DNA of 64,000 bases from Eledone cirrhosa (taxonomy: Eukaryota), in NCBI GenBank assembly GCA_964016885.1, contig OZ024741.1, positions 324,260,001-324,324,000 of the forward strand. The letters are read 5' to 3'. This document shows, in pieces, positions 54,501-64,000 of this stretch. Each line of letters opens with the position of its first letter. The stretch's first letter is position 1. Both the position numbers and the translations under genes were made by a program. The notes below the pieces were generated by a model. The model was given only the letters and a program-made list of their open reading frames with translations. It searched no databases and was not told the origin of the DNA.

Positions 54501-55527
54501 TCCACATAAGTGAGTGGTGACTTTAGCCGATGCATAATAGAGATGATTTAAGTCAGTAAAGTTTAGTTTGTTTGTGATGATAATGTTTTTGAGAATTATG
54601 TTAGTCTTGTGTATTATCTTTTGGTTCTGTTTAGAGTTCTGGATTTTAGGGAGGGTGTCTCGTTGCCACATGTCAGATTCTTTCATTTTCATCCATTCGA
54701 TCATAATTTCATCATTCAAGTTGGCAAGTTCATTCTCATTCATTTCTTTATCATTTACGATCTCATTATTTTCATTTGGAGTTTCATCCTGAACATGCAC
54801 TCCCTCCACTTTTTCGCTCCTTTCTTTAATTTGTTCTGTTGCCAGTGATTCCGCCCCAACCCTGGGATTCGAAGTGTTACAGTTTACCTCGTTTTCACTG
54901 ACACATGCTTCATTTTCCCTTCGCTGACTTTGTGCTACTAGCTTGATCTGATCAATTTCTATATCAGTTAGTAACTTTTTTCTTACAATATTTCTTCGTA
55001 TATTGGCTAGTTTGTTACTGTCAATATAGCCTCTGTTTTCGGGATGTTTCTTTTTCCAGTTGATATATGTTTGTTCTGGATTCGATGTATTTGATGGGTA
55101 GTACATGGCAGTGTAGAAAGCCTCAAGGACTTCTTTATTATCTTCCCTTGACCATTTTTCTTTCTTTTTCTTTGGATTTCTTGGTGGTGAGCATGGAGAG
55201 CCAACAGTAGGAGTATTCCGGTTATGGGAGGTCTCCAGCTCCGAAGTGATGGGAAGGTTTGAACCATTAGCTGATTTTTCGAACCCAGTCTGGTTCCTCT
55301 CTGAGGGACGCGGCCCTTTTTTACTCGGGTGACGGCCGATCCGGTATGAGATTTTATCATTAGACATTTACTTTATTTTGTCGCGTTTCATCCTTATCCG
55401 CCAAGGGATAATCATTTCGTGTTACCACTTCTAGAACGAGTGTCAACCAAGACTAGAGGGGTCGTTCTCCCCTAGAGACATGGCTATTCCCCGCCGGCCG
55501 CCATCCCGGTATTTCTTGGTCACGGGG
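51548..55527 (-). mobile_element. Near full-length R4/Dong-clade RLE retrotransposon (family A)
   Basis: ORF split into 55367-54318 (349 aa) and 54135-51718 (805 aa): NYRPITCL, GIFQGDSLSP, YMDDLKL, CRVC...ETIDHIISMC, NRPD...D...K..KY. 3' end lies in (TAA)n. Confidence 0.95.
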
Positions 55528-56352
55528 TTTTCTTTTTGTTGTTTTTTTTTAAATTGTTATTATCATGAGTGGTTCCTTAATGTGAGCATTGCGTAGCTTA
55601 AGAACGAAATTATTAATAATTGTCTCCACTCCAGGCACAAGGCCAGCAATCACCCAGTGCATTACAATAATATAATATACTTTTTGTTGTAGTTGGCTGT
55701 TATTGTTGTTGGCTATGTCGGTGGTGGTGCCGGGGCTTTTTATATTGTTGGTGAGGAAGGGGTGAGCCAGCAGTCCCATAATTGTTGATGTAGACGTTTG
55801 GCCGGTGGCATGGTCACCAAGTCAATCTATTTATATCTTTTGCTAGCCTCTCTCTTGTCTAGTGATACCGCCACCTTCCCTTTTCTCTCTCAAGTTAACA
55901 GGGGAATAGTGTCGGTAGCATTGAATGAGTGGTGGCGGCGATGATGGATGCGGTGGGGTGGTGGCAGCGGTGGTGTTGTGGTTACTGATATAGTATCTAT
56001 GAGTTTGTGTTCGTATGTTTAATATATATTTTTATTATATTTTGTGTTGACATATTCCCGTAAAAATTGAATTAAACATTTTTTTTAAATTTGAGACAAT
56101 AATAATAGTAATTATTATTATGATGCTGGTGAAATTGCCGTTATCTGGCTGTTATATTTAGTGTGATGGGATAGGTAGTGTATCAAGTTTCTGGTGTTGG
56201 TGAAATTGAAATTGCTGCTATTTGGCTGTTCTATATAGTGTAGACAGAGGGTGTTTTGTTCCATTTATAACCATTTTCTTTTTTTGAATACAAAATATAT
56301 AATACAAAATTGAATATTTGAGCGATACAACAATATAATATGGATCCGAAAC

Positions 56353-56354
<2 letters not shown>

Positions 56355-56409
<55 letters not shown>

Positions 56410-56590
56410 GTTCTTTGAGTCTCGGTCATTGATGTTATTTAACTGGAAAGTTTGTTGAAATGAATATCAAGCCGCTACCTGCAGCCTCAGATATTCAGGA
56501 CGTATCGGAGGGTTCTTGCTGTTCCCAGCAAGCATGCCTTTTGAAGTGTTCCAAAAAGCGGGGCTGGACTAATTTTCTTTAACCATCCTT
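56355..56590 (-). mobile_element. R4/Dong family B 3' fragment with long (TAA)n
   Basis: Matches ~57628-57820; QKACLLGTARTLR-type terminus. Confidence 0.85.
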
Positions 56591-57625
56591 ATTATTATCA
56601 TTATTATTTCATTTATCTTACTTTATGTTCATACGAATTATCACCAAGTCACAACCAGTGACCTCAAGAGACAACAAGGTCCGCCATGTTCAAGAAAGAA
56701 CATACATACACACACATGCATCTTTAGGTGTTTAGACTTGTGATGTACTTATATTGACAGAATCTTCCTCAGTATATGGGCAGTTCCCATTAGTACTATG
56801 TTTTGTATTTCTCCTGGTATTTGGGATAAGTAATAATTAGACCCCTTAGGTATCATTCCTAGAGCCCCTACAACCACTGGTATTGTTTTGGTTCTCAACT
56901 TCCACATTTTTCCAATCTCTATCTCCAGGTCTTTATACTTGCTCAATGTTTCAAATGTGTTATAGGTACATTCTTGTCTATTGCAACGGACATATCAATT
57001 AGCAGGCATACCCTCTTTTTAAAGACCTTCAGTATTATATCAGGTCTATTTGCATCATATTTTCGGTCTGTTTGGAGAATAAAGTTCCACAAGATTGAGA
57101 TGTGATCTTTTTCAAGTACGGGAGGTGGTTGATGCCCCCACCAATTCTTTTGATGGGGGGTGGGTGTTTACATATTACTTTATGTATGTATTGTGCAGCT
57201 CTGTCATGCCTATTTAAGTATTCGGTTGGAGCTATAGGACTGCACATTGAAATTATATGATCAATGGTTTCTGGTTGTTTTTTACATACACGGCATAATA
57301 GGTTGCATTTATTTTTTATGATGTTGGCTTGATAATTTTTTGTTGTCAGACACTGATCTTGTGCTGATATAATCACTCCTTCTTTCTCCGGTTTCAGTCC
57401 AGAGGATGCCAACCAATGCTGGGTTAAAGTTTGTCAATATCAGGATCGTTAGCTCTTTCTTGGTATTTTCCATACAGAGGCTTTTCTTGCCATTTCTTAG
57501 TCAGTCTCTTTAGCAGTTCTTTCTTTGCAGTTATTTTTACTTACTTTGCTTTTTTTGTGTTATTCATTTCAGCAGTAAAGGGAACTTCTGAAATGTGTAG
57601 TTTATTACTGTATCTTTGTGCATCT
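56590..57625 (-). mobile_element. R4/Dong family A 3' fragment
   Basis: Closely similar to ~51575-52615 (KYKDLEIEIGKMWKLRTKT..., same 3' UTR); 3' end in (TAA)n. Confidence 0.92.
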
Positions 57626-57627
57626 TT

Positions 57628-60345
57628 TATATTATTATTATTGTTCTTTGAGTCTCAGTCATTGATGTTATTTAACTGGAAGGTTTGTTGAAATAAATAT
57701 CAAGCTACTACCTGCAGGCTCAGATATTCAGGATGTATCGGAGGGTTCTTGCTGTTCCCAGCAAGCATGCCCTTTGAATTGTTCGAAAAAGCGGGGCTAA
57801 ACTTCTTTAACCATCCTTGGAAACTCTTTCAGGTAGTACCTAGTACGCCTATGACAATCGGGACGAGCTTGATTTCATGGCAGTTCCAAATCCTTTTAAA
57901 CTCCCACTTTAAATCCTGGTATCGGTTAATTTTTTCCATCTTCTTTTCTTGCATTCTCGTGTCAAATGGGTAGGCTACATCTACACTCAGGCACGATCTT
58001 TTTTCCTTGTTCACAACCACCAGGTCAGGCCTATTGTGTTCTAATTTCTTGTCCGTCTGTATCCTAAAATCCCATAGCACCTTCACCTGATAGTTTTCTA
58101 TCACCGACTCTGGCTTATGCTCATACCACTTCTCAGAATGTGGTAAATTGTTTACTTTGCGTGGATGCCAGTGGATCACCCTGCCTATCACATCATGTCT
58201 CCAGCCCTTATAGTGAGTCTGGGCTAGGTGTTTACACTCGGATACAATGTGAGCCACAGTATCCCCTCTCTCTCCGCAGATCCTACACAGTGAGCTATCT
58301 CCTCCTTGTCAATATGGTGTTTCACCAACTTCATTCTGAGGGCATTCCTTCTGTAGCTCTTTTTAAGGTCTCCTCTTTTTAACCAGTTCCATGTCTGAGG
58401 TTCTCTAAAGTCAGTTTCCTTAAAGAAGGTGCTATGAAGGGATTTTTCATGAAGGTTGCTTTTCCCCCTCGCTGTTATTTCTTCCTTGGACATCCCCTGG
58501 TCTATTGTCTTCTCCTTCGGTACAATTTTGAGTATTGGCTCCCTATTGTCAGCCACATATTTGTGCAGGCTGTTCTTCTCCATCTAAACACGGTCCTCTA
58601 TGCTGATAAGGCCTCTTCCAACTTCAGATCTCTTTAAGTAGAGTATATCAACATCACTCCTCTTGTTGAACATGTTGTAGATAGTCATTAGCTTCCTAGT
58701 CTTCCTATCCCTTTCTTTTAGTTCAGCAACATTCCATTTCCGAATTCTCGCACTGTACCTAATAATAGACACAGCTCGGGAATTTACTGCACTTATGACA
58801 TTCCTACTATTTAGATGTCATTTTAATATGTTCCTTACTCTCCTTATGTTTTCAGATCTTATCAATTCCTTCATTTTTTTGTTCTTGATGTCCTCTGCCT
58901 CCAGAACACCTAAATATTTGTATCCTTCTTCAGTATCAATTTCCTTTAACATCTCACCTGATGGTACCTGGATTCCGTTGCTTCTGCTCAATTTACCCCT
59001 CTTCATCACTAGGACTCCACACTTATTAACACCAAATTCCATACATATATCATTGCTGAAAATACGGACAGTGTCAACTAGTACATCCAAATCCTTCTCA
59101 CTCTTCCCAAAGAGTTTAAGATCGTCCATGAAGAGGAGGTGGTTGATGGTAAGCTCTCCTCTTCCCAACTTGTATCCTGCTGTCGCTTTTCGCAATATGA
59201 CGGACAGGGGTATCAGGGCAAGGACAAACAACAAAGGGGACAAACTATCTCCCTGGAAGATACCTCTCTTGATCTTCACACCTCCCACGGATTCTCCACC
59301 TGATGTTAACTCTGTTTCACAGGACTTCATACTCTTGCTTAATAGCTGTCTGATCTTATCTGCCATCTTGAAGATCTCTAGGCTTTTGGTTATCCAAGAA
59401 TGATGTACCATGTTGAATGCCTTTTTGTAATCTACCCATTTAATGGCAGGATCAGTGTGCCTCCTCTTGCAATTCCTCATTACCATCTTATCAATAAGAA
59501 ACTGGTCTTTTGTACCACGGGACTTCTTTCGGTATCCTTTCTGTTCGTCCGGTAACAAGTTGTTTATGTGGAGGTGATAGTAGATTTCCTCAGACACAAT
59601 GCTTGTTAACAATTTCCACATTACCGACAGACATGTGATAGGCCTATAGTTGGTAACATCATTACCCTTGATTCGGTCTTTCATTGCCAGAACTGTGGTA
59701 CCTTTTGTCAACCCCTCTGGTACCTCACCCGACATCAAGCAGTCATTGAACATGGTTGTCAGTTCTGGGTGGAGGGATATTATATTTTTAATCCAATACA
59801 CTTGCACACCATCTGGGCCTGGTGATTTCCAGTTGGTTAGTTTTTTTACCTGCCCTTTAAGAGTTTCAACTGTGATACTCAAATCAGGTTGTTGGTGTGC
59901 TTGTTCACTAATCTCCTTTTGAACTGTCTCAATCCACACTCCCATGTTCAACATCCTGATCCTATATTCCTCGCCAGAATGTCTAAGTCTGTTCCGCCTC
60001 AGGGATCACGTCGTTGCATCTTTCTTTACCTTCAAGCTGTTCAAACAACATCTGGTTGTTGTCAAACATGCGGTTCTGTCTATACTGACTAACTTTGTTC
60101 TCATACCACCTAATCTTTGCACTTTTTGCTACAATGCGTTGCTTCACTTCCTCTATGATAACATCTAGCTCTTTCCCTCTAGTTTTGTATTTTATTTTCA
60201 ATCTATCTTTAGTGTCTATGTTTTGTAATGTCCCATTCAGTAAAGAGAAAGACTCAAGCTTTCCAATGTCTTTTCTCATTTCCTTGATTTGACGATTCAG
60301 TCGTTTCTTCTACCAAGGTTCTGAACTTTCTTGTTTGTTGTAGTA
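57628..60345 (-). mobile_element. R4/Dong family B, 5'-truncated
   Basis: 378-aa RT ORF (WKSPGPDG, GIFQGDSLSP, FMDDLKL), HIVSEC...RHD and HNRPD RLE motif; 3' end in (TAA)n. Confidence 0.92.
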
Positions 60346-60361
60346 ATTATAATACTAATAC

Positions 60362-60404
<43 letters not shown>

Positions 60405-60408
60405 TATG

Positions 60409-60445
<37 letters not shown>

Positions 60446-60465
60446 TATGTATATATATATATATA

Positions 60466-61462
60466 TTTCTAGGGCGGGTAAAATTCCCGAGATCCATGAT
60501 GAGTTCTTTCCAGCGGTCTCTGTCCCTTATCATCGCTGCCATCTCCTGCGTCTCCAACAGATCAGTGTCTGTCCTTAGTGCATCAACATACGTTAACCTT
60601 GGTCTTCCTCTCCAGTGTTTCATGTAGGGGCTCCCACAGGAGCACTGAGTGCAATGTCAACCCTGGATGTCGGTGAGCATGTCCAGCTAACCTCAGTCTC
60701 CTCTGTGTCTCTTTTGAGCTGACTTTTGGGAGGCTCCCATAGGGCTCTGAGTTTTTCATCCTCAGTGTATACTGATTAATGTTCAGAGCCATCCTCAGCA
60801 TTCTCGTGTAGCACTCATCCACTATCTGAGTGAGTTTATTGGTAATTGTCCAAGTCTCAGACCCGTACAGCAGCACAGACTCTACTACAGCAATGAAGAG
60901 GCGGATTTTCAGGTCTTTACGAAGGTCCGACTTCCACACCGATCTCAAGCTGTGGCACGCCGCCCAGGCGTGGCTCTTCCTCACAACCACATCATCTTCC
61001 GTATTCCCAATCTTTACTCCTAAATACAGGAAGTCCTCAACCAATTCTAGCTTTTCATTGAATTACAGGCTTATGGCATCCCCAAGAAGATAGTGGAGCT
61101 GATATCACCAAAGCCCAAGTCATTACATCTGATGGGATGACAGAGTTCTTTGAGATACTGACTGGAGTGCTCCAGGGAAATACATTGACTCCCTACCTTG
61201 TTATCATCGTAGTGGACTATTATATGCGCCTTGCACTGGAGAAACACCAGGACTCTGGTTTTACTGTAGCACCGGCTCAGAGCAGGAGAGTTAAAGCGAA
61301 AAAGATATCGGATGTTGAATTTGCCGAGGACTTAGTTTTGGTGAGAAATACAGTGAAGGAGGCAGAGGATTTGATGCAGGAGGTTGAGACTGTGTCGATG
61401 AGTGAGACTAAAACAAAATATCTAGTAGAGAATGTTGAGAAGCCAGAGGGCATCACTAATGG
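60466..61462 (-). mobile_element. RTE-like LINE 3' fragment with inverted 5' segment
   Basis: Minus ~60466-61060: VEDFLYLG...LLYGSETWT...RLRLAGH. Plus ~61063-61462: AYGIP...GVLQGNTLTPYL...FAEDL. (TA)n on both sides. Confidence 0.85.
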
Positions 61463-61668
61463 ATATATATATATATATTGGTAAACGGAATAGAAAATGC
61501 TGACAAATTGTTCACAGTTGAAAAATGGTTTAATTAGGAATAAAAGAGTATTAGTGATTGTATGGGTTAGTATTCAGTTGTGGTTTTAAGTTTTTAAGTT
61601 TTTACCGGTTGCGCATTTCTAAATGCTTTTCAAAAATAATTTTGAGATAGAGTGTCCGTGCTGTTTGC

Positions 61669-61744
61669 ATATATATAAATGAAAAAGTATGACCCCGACG
61701 GCAGAGCTCAAGCCGTTTCGACGGATATTTCTGGACTAAATTTG

Positions 61745-61745
<1 letters not shown>
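61669..61745 (-). mobile_element. Family X pLTR fragment
   Basis: gaccccgacggcagagctcaagccgtttcgacggatatttctggactaaa. Confidence 0.8.
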
Positions 61746-63074
<1,329 letters not shown>

Positions 63075-64000
63075 TGTTTTATAGGTACAAGAGATTTAGC
63101 TAAAACTATATGTTTTATATATGATTAAATTGATGTTATAAAATATGCAATATGTTTCTCACTGGATATCGTCTGCTCAATATGGTTATATATTTAACAT
63201 AATACTACCCAGACATACGATGATTGTTTGAATGAATGTGTGGCCGGATGATGTATTAGAAAATCCGATTAATGTCCGAATGTTTTCGAGCACGAACAAA
63301 TAAGTGGAAAGAGAGAAAGATAAGAAATACGATTCTAAAGATATTATGTCTGAAATATATCGGAAATATATATAAAACAAAGTATATGTACGTGTGTGTG
63401 TGAGTATGTATGTGTGCATGTATGTATGTACGTATGTATGTACATATGTTTGTATGTATGTATGTATACATGGACACGCATACATGCACGCACACATGCA
63501 TACATTTATATATATACATATCGAGACAGAGAGAAACAGAGAAAAAAGAAAAGGGGTACAAGAAAATGTGGGTTGAAATACGCCAATATGCCACTGGGAG
63601 ATGATCGAAGATCGAAGAATAGATCATATCAATGATAATAGATACAAAAAAGTATAATGTTTTCCAAGAACGGACGGAAGCAGACATGTTAGATTCAAAG
63701 TTTAGCAGTATCTTTATGACATGAAACGGATGTAAGTTAAAATCCTTCGGGATAGGGCGCAAGTTAAGTGTATAATAACATTCTCTGATGACCTGGCATA
63801 GATTCATCTATTTTTCTGTTAATTTTCATGATTTCAGTCATTAGACTACCGCCATTCTGTGGCACGGCATTAAAGGGATTTTAGTCGATCACACCGTCTC
63901 TATTACTTATTTTATCGATCTCAATTTGTTACACCGCTATCTTTCGAGACATAAACACATACACACACGCACATAAATATATATACAGGCACACACACAC

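Overview
AT-rich, microsatellite-dense animal DNA; the SINE types and repeat landscape suggest an octopus or other coleoid cephalopod (inference). The only host gene I can support is five internal exons of a + strand SLC6/NSS sodium-chloride neurotransmitter or amino-acid transporter (4043-4157, 10691-10823, 16879-17013, 20365-20468, 28966-29090). Their splice phases are compatible and they cover EL2 to TM8. I found neither end of the gene here. The rest is non-coding and packed with retroelements: Penelope-like elements (PLEs, Hydra-type and Neptune/Nematis-type), two L1/Tx1 copies, a stack of R4/Dong elements in (TAA)n, RTE-like LINEs, a mariner relic and tRNA-derived SINEs. The main unannotated signal is RNA structure. 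I read about a dozen type-I hammerhead ribozyme motifs from several families by eye, almost all in fold-back inverted repeats within (TA)n. They include a ~430-nt ORF-less tandem unit resembling a non-LTR retrozyme, hammerheads with 60-85 nt stem II inserts, and CCGA-core variants. There is also a near-perfect 1-kb palindrome of a 621-nt non-coding unit. Element boundaries are approximate, all folds were done by hand, and novelty could not be checked.
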